From the NCBI GenBank assembly GCA_965237675.1, contig OZ250150.1, forward strand, positions 1,088,001 to 1,152,000: a stretch of 64,000 nucleotides of DNA, in the 5' to 3' direction. The notes under the pieces were generated by a model. The model was not told the DNA's origin. It searched no databases and was given only the letters and a program-made list of their open reading frames with translations. Shown piece by piece: positions 10,320 to 19,289 of this stretch (the first letter of the stretch is position 1; each line of letters opens with the position of its first letter). The position numbers and the translations under genes are program-made. This stretch comes from Candidatus Latescibacterota bacterium. GTDB lineage: Bacteria; Latescibacterota; UBA2968; GCA-2709665.

Positions 10320-10856
10320 CTACCGCCCCAACAGTTGTTCGACAGCCCATTCCAACTCCGTTCCGGTATCGGGACCGTAGCCCGTTTGCATGAACCTGAG
10401 TCGGCCCTTCCTGTCAACCAGATAGGTGGTTGGAATGCTACGGATGCCATAGTCGGATCGAACGCCCGGATCGGCGAACAGTACCGGAAAGGTGTAACCG
10501 TTTTTCCTTACAAACGGTTTCACGCGCGCCCGATCGAAGTCCGTGCTGATGGCAAGTACGGTCAGGCCTTTATTGCGGTATCGTTCGTGTAATTTCTGAA
10601 CGTCGGGTAATTCGTACAGGCACGGCACGCACCAGGTGGCCCAGAAGTTGATCAGGACAACACGGCCCTTATTCTCGGACAACCGGACTACCGAACCGTC
10701 CAGACTTTCCAGTGCAAAGTCGGACGCGGCCGGTCCCACGGGGAGGGCGTTCTCCGGCTCCGGCGTCTCGACGAAGATCTGACCCAACGCGACGCCGGCC
10801 AGAACCACTCCCACGGCTATCAACACGGTGTACTTCCATCCGAACCTCAGTTGCAT
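10320..10856 (-). CDS. TlpA/ResA family thiol-disulfide oxidoreductase
   Basis: N-terminal TM helix, GRVVLINFWATWCVPC, IPTTYLVDRKG. Confidence 0.92.
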   Translation of the reverse strand: MQLRFGWKYTVLIAVGVVLAGVALGQIFVETPEPENALPVGPAASDFALESLDGSVVRLSENKGRVVLINFWATWCVPCLYELPDVQKLHERYRNKGLTVLAISTDFDRARVKPFVRKNGYTFPVLFADPGVRSDYGIRSIPTTYLVDRKGRLRFMQTGYGPDTGTELEWAVEQLLGR

Positions 10857-10926
10857 ATCGCTATCCTCTTCCGTTCAACAGACAGGTTCTCGCGCGCCAT
10901 TCCTTCGATCTGACAATCGACCCCCA

Positions 10927-11536
10927 TGTCATTCTGAGCGAAGTCGAAGAATCTCCCGTCTAATCGATTGTCCTGACGCAATAGCACAGTAAACAAATTT
11001 GCGCGGAGACATCGCCGCCAATTCGGCCTCCTCAGAAGGATACGCGAGGCGGGCAGACAGGAATGTCTACCCCACCTTCACATCGGCTTCCTCAACATGA
11101 CTGTTTGTGCCGACGTGTGCCTGACACATTTCGCTGATTGTTATTGCAAGACATGTCGTTTTGAGCGCAGCGAAGAATCTCCCGCTACTTCCGTTCTGTT
11201 TAGAAGGCGGACGTGCCGCCTGTCCGGTCGGACCGAATGCAAGACGCTTGGGCATGATCCGATGCCGCAGTAGATCCTTCGTCGGCCTGACGGCCTCCTC
11301 AGGATGACAATCTTTTGCCGATACCTGACAGACAGAATTCGACGATGGTTATTGCAAAGCATGTCATTCTGAGCGTAGTCGAAGAATCTCCCGTCTATTC
11401 GATTGTCCCAACGCAGAAACCCAGTAAACAAATTTGCGCGGAGACATCGCCGCCAATTCGGCCTCCTCAGAAGGATCGCGAGGCGGGCAGACAAGAATGT
11501 GTGCCCCACCTTCACACCGGCTTCCCCAGCATGACA
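10927..11536. repeat. Three tandem ~155-180 bp modules bounded by TGTCATTCTGAG..CTCAG(G/C)ATGACA, with nested GGCAGACAGGAATGTCTACCCCAC REP
   Basis: Heads at 10927, 11154, 11362; tails near 11103, 11309, 11536. Confidence 0.85.
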
Positions 11537-11554
11537 GTCTGCGCACGTGTGTCC

Positions 11555-12703
11555 CTAAGGCGTGAAGATCAGGATCTGATCCGTAGTTTCCTCCTCGAAC
11601 GTGTGATCGCTGTCTGTAGAAACGTCCTTGTCCTTGGTCCCACCGGCAACCATTACACTTCCGTCGGCAAGCAGAGTTACCGTCGGAAAAGACCGCCACC
11701 CTATGCTGTGTCCTGCAGGGGAAAATTCATGTGTGGCGGGATTGTACAGTACGATATCGCCGTTATACGAGTGGATGAGGAACACTCTGCCGGAGGGAAG
11801 CAGCAGGGCGGCGCTCGGATCGATTGTAGAAACGCCGGCCGGCGAAAACGAGATTGTTTCAGGGTCGTACATCTCGGCGGTATGTACGAAAGGACCTTCA
11901 CCGGCATGGCCGCCGATGATCAGGACCTTGCCGTCCTGTAGAAGCACGGCCTTATGGTTTACGCGGTCGAACTGCAAATCACCTGCTTCTGAAAAGGATT
12001 TGGACACGGGATCGTAAATCAGATTCCGTCCGACCAACCCATCCTCAATTCCGCCGCGTATACCCCCAACGATCAGCACGCGGCCGTCCTTCAAAAGAGT
12101 CGCCGTTTGGAGTCGGCGTCGATCGTCCATCGCGAATATGGAGGTGAATGCGCGCGCATCCAGGTCGAAGACACCCGTGTGTTCTACGCTAGTCACAAAG
12201 ACCCTTCCGCTTTGAAGCAGGGTTGCGGTAAGGATGGTTGCATTGTAGGGTACGTCCGCCAGGGCGTCGAATATCCCTGAATCAGGATTGTACATTTCAA
12301 TAGGGATATGACCATACCTGGGCATGATAAGGACGCGACCGTCGGGAAGCAATATTCCGTTGTCTGCGTACCGACTGACGGTCATGCTTCCCGTTGGCGA
12401 CGAGGTCCCGGTTTCAGGATCGAATATTTCCGCCGTAATGAGAACACCCGCGGGCCGGTAAATGACGGTCCCTCCGGGAGATGGGTCCTCGACTTTGGTC
12501 GGTGGTTCCGCGTAGCCTCCGGCGATCAGGACCTTCCCATTCTGCAATAACGTAGCGACATGCTGATACCGCGGCTGGGTCATTTTGCCGACTTCATGGA
12601 GACCCCTTTCAAGGGCCGGTGCCTCCGGCGTCGTCACCGAATCGCCTCCACAAGCCCAGACGCTCGAGACGATCAACAGTGCTATTGCGATTCGGGCAGT
12701 CAT
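11555..12703 (-). CDS. Kelch-repeat beta-propeller lipoprotein (paralogue 1)
   Basis: Lipobox VWAC; repeated R..H.ATLL.DG(K/R)VLI.GG..AE.YDP blades. Confidence 0.88.
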   Translation of the reverse strand: MTARIAIALLIVSSVWACGGDSVTTPEAPALERGLHEVGKMTQPRYQHVATLLQNGKVLIAGGYAEPPTKVEDPSPGGTVIYRPAGVLITAEIFDPETGTSSPTGSMTVSRYADNGILLPDGRVLIMPRYGHIPIEMYNPDSGIFDALADVPYNATILTATLLQSGRVFVTSVEHTGVFDLDARAFTSIFAMDDRRRLQTATLLKDGRVLIVGGIRGGIEDGLVGRNLIYDPVSKSFSEAGDLQFDRVNHKAVLLQDGKVLIIGGHAGEGPFVHTAEMYDPETISFSPAGVSTIDPSAALLLPSGRVFLIHSYNGDIVLYNPATHEFSPAGHSIGWRSFPTVTLLADGSVMVAGGTKDKDVSTDSDHTFEEETTDQILIFTP

Positions 12704-13180
12704 TCTGAGTCTCCTTTCCGACAGAAGGATCCCGGGGCGGGCAGACAGGAATGTCTACCCCACCTTCACACCGGCTTCCTCAGCATCACAGTTCGGGCCA
12801 ACGAATAACGAATACATCTCGAAGATGGTTATTGCAAAGCATGTCATTCTGAGCGTAGTCGAAGAATCTCCCGCTACTTCCGTTCTGTTTAGAAGGCGGA
12901 CGTGCCGCCTGTCCGGTCGGACCGAATGCAAGAAGCTTGGGCATGATCCGATGCCGCAGTAAATCCTTCGTCGGCCTGACGGCCTCCTCAGGATGACAGT
13001 CTTTTGCCGATACCTGACAGACAGAATTCGCCAATCGTGATTGCAAAGCATGTCATTCTGAGCGCAGTCGAAGAATCTCCCGTCTGTTCGGGTGTCCGTA
13101 AGCCGGAAACCCACGGTAACACATCTGCGCGGAGACATCCTCAGCCTCACGCCTTCCTTCAGCGTGTGGGCGCACGTGCG
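12699..13180. repeat. TGTCATTCTGAG module cluster
   Basis: 12860-13030 matches 11171-11341 with 3 mismatches; 12788-12873 matches 14442-14527. Confidence 0.85.
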
Positions 13181-13183
13181 CAT

Positions 13184-14332
13184 TCAAGGCGTGAATATCA
13201 GGATCTGATCCGTAATCTCCTCTTCGAACACATGTCCGCCGGCTGTGGAACCCTCCTTGTCCTTCGATCCACCGGCAACCATCACGCGGCCGTCTTCAAG
13301 GAGCGTGGCCGTAGGAAAGGACCTGGGCGGGCTGATGCTGTATCCTGTGAGGGAGAATGTGTGCGTAGCGGGATCATACAGTACGATATTGCCAGTGGGC
13401 TCATGGACCAAAAACACTCTGCCGGAGGGAAGCAGCAGGGCGGCGCCTGGATCGATCGTAGAAACGCCGGCCGGCGAAAACGTGTTGGTTTCGGGGTCGT
13501 AGATCTCGACCGTCTGCACGGATGGCCCTCTACCGGCGGTGCCGCCTAGGATCAGTACCCTGCCGTCCTGGAGAAGCACCGCCTTATGGTGTACGCGGTC
13601 GAACTGCAAGTTACCTGCTTCCGAAAAAGCTCCGGACGAGGGATCAAAGATCAGATTCCGTCCCAGCAACCCTGCGTCCCCTCCGACATTCTGTCCTCCA
13701 ACGATCAATACCCTGCCGTCCTTCAACAAAGTGGCCGTATGGCCAATTCGGGAAGGATCCATCCTGAATATGGGGGAAAACGGGCCTTTAGTGGGGTCGA
13801 AGACACCCGCGTATAACGTGCTGGTCAAAAAGACCTTCCCGTTGGGCAGCAGCGTGGCAGTCAGAATCCCAACTTTCCCAGGTAGAATTGCCATAACGTT
13901 GAATCTGCCGGAATGAGCATCGTACCTCTCAATGGGGAGATCAGGATTTCCGGGTATGATCAGGACTCGGCCGTCGGGCAGCAATATTCCGTGGTCCTCG
14001 CTGCGACTGGCGGCCAGGTCTCCCGTTTGCGTTGAGATTCCGGTTTCAGGGTCGAATATTTCCGCGCTGATGAGACGCTTCGGCTGGGGAATGGCGGTAT
14101 TCGGGGGAGGCGGCCCATCGAGTACGATAGGTAGTTCCTCGAGGCCGCCCGCGATCAGGACCTTGCCATTCTGTAGTAGCGTCGCTACATGCTCAGATCT
14201 GGGTCGGGTCATATTGCCGACCTCGTGGAGACCCCTTTCAAGGGCCGGCGGCTCCGGCGTCGTCATCGAGTCGCTTCCACAGGCCCAGAGGCTCGAGACG
14301 ATAGACAGCGCCATTCCGATTCTGGCAGTCAT
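13184..14332 (-). CDS. Kelch-repeat lipoprotein (paralogue 2)
   Basis: Lipobox LWAC; kelch blades; ends DQILIFTP. Confidence 0.88.
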   Translation of the reverse strand: MTARIGMALSIVSSLWACGSDSMTTPEPPALERGLHEVGNMTRPRSEHVATLLQNGKVLIAGGLEELPIVLDGPPPPNTAIPQPKRLISAEIFDPETGISTQTGDLAASRSEDHGILLPDGRVLIIPGNPDLPIERYDAHSGRFNVMAILPGKVGILTATLLPNGKVFLTSTLYAGVFDPTKGPFSPIFRMDPSRIGHTATLLKDGRVLIVGGQNVGGDAGLLGRNLIFDPSSGAFSEAGNLQFDRVHHKAVLLQDGRVLILGGTAGRGPSVQTVEIYDPETNTFSPAGVSTIDPGAALLLPSGRVFLVHEPTGNIVLYDPATHTFSLTGYSISPPRSFPTATLLEDGRVMVAGGSKDKEGSTAGGHVFEEEITDQILIFTP

Positions 14333-14384
14333 CTTCTTTCCCCCGGGTTTAGACCTTTAAGTGCATCTTCTACGCGATAGGCCT

Positions 14385-14843
14385 GGCGAGGCGGGCAGAC
14401 AGGAATGTCCGCCCCACCTTCATACCGGCTTTCTCAGTATGACAGTTCGGGCCAACGAATAACGAATACATCTCGAAGATGGTTATTGCAAAGCATGTCA
14501 TTCTGAGCGTAGTCGAAGAATCTCCCGTCTAATCGATTGTCCTAACGCAAAAACGCAATAAACATATTTGCGCGGAGACATCGTCGCCGAATCCTTTGAA
14601 CGTGCCAAATGGTCCTTCGCTTACCAATTCGAGCGGTCGCTTCGCAAGCCTCACGTCTTCCTTAGAAGGATCGCGAGGCAGGCAGACAGGAATGTCTACC
14701 CCACCTTCACATCGGCTTCCTCAGAGTGAGGGTGCCGAGATGGCGTTGTCCGAGCAATCACGGCGCGTATAAAACGTTGTTTACGCAACACTTCATTCGG
14801 CTCCGCCTCTCCTCGCAGGAGAGGGGGCTGGGGGGAGAGGTCC
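14385..14843. repeat. TGTCATTCTGAG module cluster fused to a half CCTCTCC..GGAGAGGG element
   Basis: REP ggcagacaggaatgtc at 14393 and 14682, module head at 14496, ctctcctcgcaggagagggggctggggggagagg at 14807-14841. Confidence 0.8.
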
Positions 14844-14860
14844 ATTTTCTAATTACACAC

Positions 14861-15979
14861 TCAAGGCGTGAAGATCAGTACCTGATCCGTGATCTCCCGC
14901 TCTTGCCCAGGCCCACTTTGCGACGACCTGTCCCTGTACTTCCAGCCGCCGGCTATCATTACCCGGCCGTCTTCAAGCAGCGTGACCGAAGCCTCGTCCC
15001 GCCACGGTCCTATGCTGTGTCCTGTGGGTGAAAATACATGTGTAGCGGGATTGTACAGTACGATATTGCCTGTAGGCCCGTGGATGAAAAACACTCTGCC
15101 GGACGGCAGCAGCAGGGCGGCGGCAGGCCAAATGGCAGAAGTTCCGGCCGGCCAGAACGTGTTTGTATCGGGGTCGTACATCTCGGCAAGGTTTGCATGC
15201 TCTGAACCGGTATGGCCGCCAACGATCAGAACCCTGCCGTCCGGAAGAAGCACCGTAGTATGGCCCCAGCGGTCGACCTGCAGATCACCAGCTTCCGCAA
15301 AGGCATTTGACGAGGGTTCGTAAATCAGATTCCGTCCGGTCAACTCGTTGTCAATTCCCCCGCGTGTTCCTCCAACGATCAGCACGCGGCCGTCCTTTAG
15401 CAACGTCGCCGAATGGTTTATTCGCGTTTTCTCCATCGCGACTATGGAGGGAAAGGTACTCGCAGCCGGGTCGAAGACAGCCGTGTGCGCCTGGGTAGTT
15501 ACAAAGACCTTGCCGCTTTGCAGCAGATTTACAGTCGAAATGGGCGGATACCAGGGTATTTTCGCCAGGGCCGTGAATCGAGTGGAATGAGGATCGTAGA
15601 CTTCAATGGGGAAGTCATGATATCTGGGCACAATCAGGATGCGACCGTCGGGAAGCAATATTCCGTGGTCCGTATTTCGACCGACGGTCATGTTTCCCGT
15701 TGGCGAAGAGGTCCCGGTTACCGGATCGAATATCTCCGCGCTGATGTGACGATTCGATACGTCGGTGAAGTTCGGGATCCCCTCCTTGTAGCCACCGGCG
15801 ATCAGTACTTTGCCATCCGGCAATAACGTCGCGACGTGCTGATACCGCGGCTGTGTCAGATTGCCGACCTCGTGGAGACCCCTTTCAAGGGACGGCGGCT
15901 CCGACGTCGTCACCGAATCTCCTCCACAAGCCCAGATACACGAGACGACAAACAGCGCCATTACGATTCTGGCGGTCAT
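14861..15979 (-). CDS. Kelch-repeat lipoprotein (paralogue 3)
   Basis: Lipobox IWAC; kelch blades; start chosen by homology (MTARI). Confidence 0.88.
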   Translation of the reverse strand: MTARIVMALFVVSCIWACGGDSVTTSEPPSLERGLHEVGNLTQPRYQHVATLLPDGKVLIAGGYKEGIPNFTDVSNRHISAEIFDPVTGTSSPTGNMTVGRNTDHGILLPDGRILIVPRYHDFPIEVYDPHSTRFTALAKIPWYPPISTVNLLQSGKVFVTTQAHTAVFDPAASTFPSIVAMEKTRINHSATLLKDGRVLIVGGTRGGIDNELTGRNLIYEPSSNAFAEAGDLQVDRWGHTTVLLPDGRVLIVGGHTGSEHANLAEMYDPDTNTFWPAGTSAIWPAAALLLPSGRVFFIHGPTGNIVLYNPATHVFSPTGHSIGPWRDEASVTLLEDGRVMIAGGWKYRDRSSQSGPGQEREITDQVLIFTP

Positions 15980-16099
15980 CTTGTGTACGCCCAAGTTAAG
16001 GTATGATCTGACCGACGAGAGTAGGGCGTGGCGTTTACGGCCTGCCTGCCTGTCTGCCGGCCAGGCAGGCCGCGACAGGGTTGGCGACCCCTCCCCCGG

Positions 16100-16276
16100 C
16101 CCCTCGACAGGCTCAGGGTGCGGACGCCCATGCGTGAATTCAGCCGAGCGATGTACATCTCATCTCTTACTTTCACGATCAATCCCTCCAGGTCAATCCC
16201 GAAATCACATCAATTACAGTCTCTCCTTGCGGTTTAATCACAGTCCATCCCGATAATCATAGTCCATCACAGTCCT
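16100..16276. repeat. ~180-bp repeat ending in (C)AATCACAGT microsatellite; second copy 32812-33026
   Basis: Shared ggctcagggtgc..ttcagccgagcgatgtacatctcatctctt..caatcccgaaatcacatcaattacagtctct..taatcacagtccatc. Confidence 0.85.
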
Positions 16277-16284
16277 GTGGGCCC

Positions 16285-17430
16285 TCAAGGCGTGAATATC
16301 AGGATCTGATCCGTGATCTCCTCGTCGAACGTATGCCCACTATTGGTAGAGCCCTCCTTGTACTTTGATCCACCGGCAACCATCACGCGGCCGTCTGCAA
16401 GCAGAGTTACCGTAGGCTGCGTCCGCCACCCTATGCTGTGCCCTGTAGGAGAAAATTCATGTGTGGCGGGATTATACAGTGCGATATCGCCGTTAATCGA
16501 GCGCATAAGGAGCACCTTTCCGGAAGGCAGCAGGGTGGCGGCCAGCGGATCGATTGCAGAAACGCCGGCCGGCGAAAACGCGTTTGTTTCAGGGTCGTAC
16601 ATCTCGGCTGTATGTACGAAAGGCCCTTCACCGGCAATACCGCCTATGATCAGGACCCTTCCGTCCTGCAGAAGCACCGCCTTGTGAAATATGCGGTCGA
16701 ACTGCAAATCACCGGCTTCTGAAAAGGACCTGGTCGAGGGATCGTAAATCAGATTCCGTCCGACCAACCCGTCCTCGATTCCGCCGCGTATTCCTCCAAC
16801 GATCAGCACCCGGCCGTCCTTCAACAACGTCGCCGTATGGAGTCGGCGTCGATCGTCCATCGCGAAGATGGAGGGAAATGTGCCTGTAGCCGGGTCGAAG
16901 ACACCCGTGTGTCCCATAAAAGTCACAAAGACCCTTCCACTGGGCAGCAGGGTTGCGGTCTGGATGGTTGCATTGTAGGGTACGTCCGCGACGGCGTTGA
17001 ATCTGCCAGAGTGAGAATCGTAAATCTCAATGGGAAGATGACCAAACCTGGGCATGATCAAGACGCGACCGTCGGGAAGCGATATTCCGTGGTCCGAATT
17101 ACGACTGACGGTCATGTCTCCCGTCGGCGAAGAGGTCCCGGTTCCCGGGTCGAATATCTCTGCGCTGATATGACGCTTCGTCTTGGGAATAACGGCATTC
17201 GCGGGAGGCGGTTCCGCGAACACGGGAAGTAATTCCGCATAGCCGCCGCCGATCAGGACCTTGCCATTCTGCATTAACGTCGCGACATGCTCATACCGCG
17301 GTTGGGTCAGACTCCCGACCTCATGAAGACCCCTTTCGAGGGCTGGCGGCTCCGACGTCGTCACCGAATCTCCTCCACAAGCCCAGATACACGAGACGAC
17401 AAACAGCACTATCGCGATTCGAGAGGTCAT
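16285..17430 (-). CDS. Kelch-repeat lipoprotein (paralogue 4)
   Basis: Lipobox IWAC; ATG 17430 lies one base after the XRE stop codon. Confidence 0.88.
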   Translation of the reverse strand: MTSRIAIVLFVVSCIWACGGDSVTTSEPPALERGLHEVGSLTQPRYEHVATLMQNGKVLIGGGYAELLPVFAEPPPANAVIPKTKRHISAEIFDPGTGTSSPTGDMTVSRNSDHGISLPDGRVLIMPRFGHLPIEIYDSHSGRFNAVADVPYNATIQTATLLPSGRVFVTFMGHTGVFDPATGTFPSIFAMDDRRRLHTATLLKDGRVLIVGGIRGGIEDGLVGRNLIYDPSTRSFSEAGDLQFDRIFHKAVLLQDGRVLIIGGIAGEGPFVHTAEMYDPETNAFSPAGVSAIDPLAATLLPSGKVLLMRSINGDIALYNPATHEFSPTGHSIGWRTQPTVTLLADGRVMVAGGSKYKEGSTNSGHTFDEEITDQILIFTP

Positions 17431-17431
17431 C

Positions 17432-18064
17432 CTATTCCCCCGACAGAATGGTGCAAATTGGCGTGTGAATTCTGAATCTTGGGAAGCCGTTCTTCTCTCG
17501 CTCAAGGATCAACGTTTCGCTCCGACCCATCGGATCCATTGTTCTGCCGTTACCCGCCCTCGTCGTCTCTCCCGAATCCGGCGAGCCGTTGCGGCGCGCC
17601 CGAAATCCCTCCAGGTTATCCATGAGTAGATCGAGCATATCGAACAGGAATGTTTCGTACGGCTTCTTCGCGCCTTCGCTGGCGGCCTTTTCGTTCTGCA
17701 CCCTGTCAGCCACTTCGTCGAGACTGTTCCTGATCTGACGCGCCAGACGTCCAATGGCGTCTGCAGCAGTCGACTCCTGTGCGAAGTCAATGGAGACTTG
17801 CATATTGAAAACCCGTGCGTAAATCGCCAGGTCCTCCAGTTTGAGCCGATCGTTCCTGCTGTTCTCGATTCTCGAGATCTTGCTCTGCGTGCAACCGGCC
17901 CGTTGCGCCAGTTCCGCCTGCGTCACATTCTGAGAACAACGCAGCGTATACAGTGCCCGTGAAACATTGTAATCAGCAAGATGACCCTCCAATTCGCCGT
18001 GGAGAATTTTATCCGGCGCGGTGTCGCGCACCATTTCAGACACCGATGCATCATGTTTTTCCAT
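17432..18064 (-). CDS. XRE-family HTH transcriptional regulator
   Basis: LYTLRCSQNVTQAELAQRAGCTQSKISRIEN. Confidence 0.82.
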   Translation of the reverse strand: MEKHDASVSEMVRDTAPDKILHGELEGHLADYNVSRALYTLRCSQNVTQAELAQRAGCTQSKISRIENSRNDRLKLEDLAIYARVFNMQVSIDFAQESTAADAIGRLARQIRNSLDEVADRVQNEKAASEGAKKPYETFLFDMLDLLMDNLEGFRARRNGSPDSGETTRAGNGRTMDPMGRSETLILEREKNGFPRFRIHTPICTILSGE

Positions 18065-18287
18065 TGCGACGCTCCCTTTGAAGACAATCGACGTACTTTC
18101 GGCAGACTTCGAGATCCTGCTTCTGAATGTTCTGGAAACTGAAAACCATGAGGTGAGGTTATTCGTACCACGATCTTTTAGCCTGATTAATTAATGAATT
18201 GTCACGGATTGCAGTTTCCGATTGGATTGAGAAAGTGAATCCCAATGTGCGATACATTCTGGATTCGGATAGTTTGAAACAGACGAG

Positions 18288-18539
18288 ACCTAACCCCTAA
18301 CCCCCTTCCTGAGAGGAAGGGGGAACTGTGATCCGCTGATGAATGTCTGGATTGGATGAATGCGTTTCGATTGATGAAAAAACCCGGGCGAAATATCGTG
18401 ATTGGTCGGCGAGTTGTGCTTGGTAAAGTGACGAGATGGCGTTCTCCAATCAATCGGAGCTTGTATAAAACAGTGTTTATGCAACCCTTCGTTCGACTCC
18501 CCCTCTCCTCGCAGGAGAGGGGGCCGGGGGGAGAGGTCT
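18288..18539. repeat. CCTCTCCCCC/GGAGAGGG-family element
   Basis: cccccttcctgagaggaagggg ... ccccctctcctcgcaggagagggggccggggggagagg; interior related to 14725-14843, 59541-59672 and 3924-4080. Confidence 0.75.
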
Positions 18540-18799
18540 TTTTTACCGATAATGCAGGTCAGTCTGCTCACAGGAAGAAAGCGTGACCCCTGGGCCCGGC
18601 CACCAGCGCGTATCGCTTTTCTCCCATGCGTGCGACCGGATTTTATCTAAAATCGGGATAATTTTTGCTGAAAGAGTCGAAATTATGCAAATATAAGATA
18701 ATTACTCGATAACGCAATCGGTCCCTGGGGGTCAACATTGACGAACCAGGCTATGTGTTTGGCCGTTTGCCCATGGGATGTAACTCGACAGAAATGACC

Positions 18800-18828
18800 T
18801 TGACACAATATGACTTTAAAGTCATATT
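18800..18828 (+). promoter_or_regulatory. Sigma70-like promoter overlapped by a perfect 22-bp palindromic operator
   Basis: TTGACA-17-CATATT; AATATGACTTTAAAGTCATATT at 18807-18828. Confidence 0.75.
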
Positions 18829-18836
18829 ACTGAGCC

Positions 18837-18910
18837 ATGGACTGGGAAGTCAGATTCCATCCGGCATTCGACCCGGAATTCGATGCCTTGCCCAACGACG
18901 TACAGGAGGT
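18837..18910 (+). pseudogene. 5' remnant of a RelE/ParE(HigB)-like toxin gene
   Basis: MDWEVRFHPAFDPEFDALPNDVQE resembles the N-terminus of toxins upstream of XRE antitoxins; runs in-frame into the antitoxin RBS. Confidence 0.6.
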
Positions 18911-18914
18911 CAAC

Positions 18915-19253
18915 ATGACGACACTCACTGAGAAAATTGACAAGCTGCCCGAGGCACGCCGGAAGAAAGTGGAGGAGCGAGCCAGGGCGCTGATTGCCGA
19001 AGAGATGTCACTGCAAGATCTGCGAAAGGCTCGAAAGTGGACGCAGGTACGCGTAGCGAAGGAACTCGGGATCAACCAGGAGAACGTATCCCGTATCGAA
19101 AAGCGCAGCGATCTGCTGCTATCCACGCTCAGTGGCTACGTGGAAGCGATGGGTGGAACATTGCGCCTGGTGGCGGAATTCCCGGACCGACCGCCCTTTG
19201 CGCTGACTGGCATCGCGGCCCTGGACAAGGAGGACTTTCAGACAAAGCCTTAA
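18915..19253 (+). CDS. XRE-family antitoxin (HigA-like)
   Basis: RRKKVEERARALIAEEMSLQDLRKARKWTQ..VSRIEKRSDLLLSTL..YVEAMGG.L.LVAEFPD; aggagg RBS. Confidence 0.85.
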   Translation: MTTLTEKIDKLPEARRKKVEERARALIAEEMSLQDLRKARKWTQVRVAKELGINQENVSRIEKRSDLLLSTLSGYVEAMGGTLRLVAEFPDRPPFALTGIAALDKEDFQTKP

Positions 19254-19289
19254 AGTTCACGCGAAAGGAGTGGTCCACTGCCGTCCTCC

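Noticed and set aside
10927-14843. CRISPR array
   Set aside because: Repeats are inverted-end modules with ~150-200 bp periods and recurring, non-unique interiors; no cas genes in the window.
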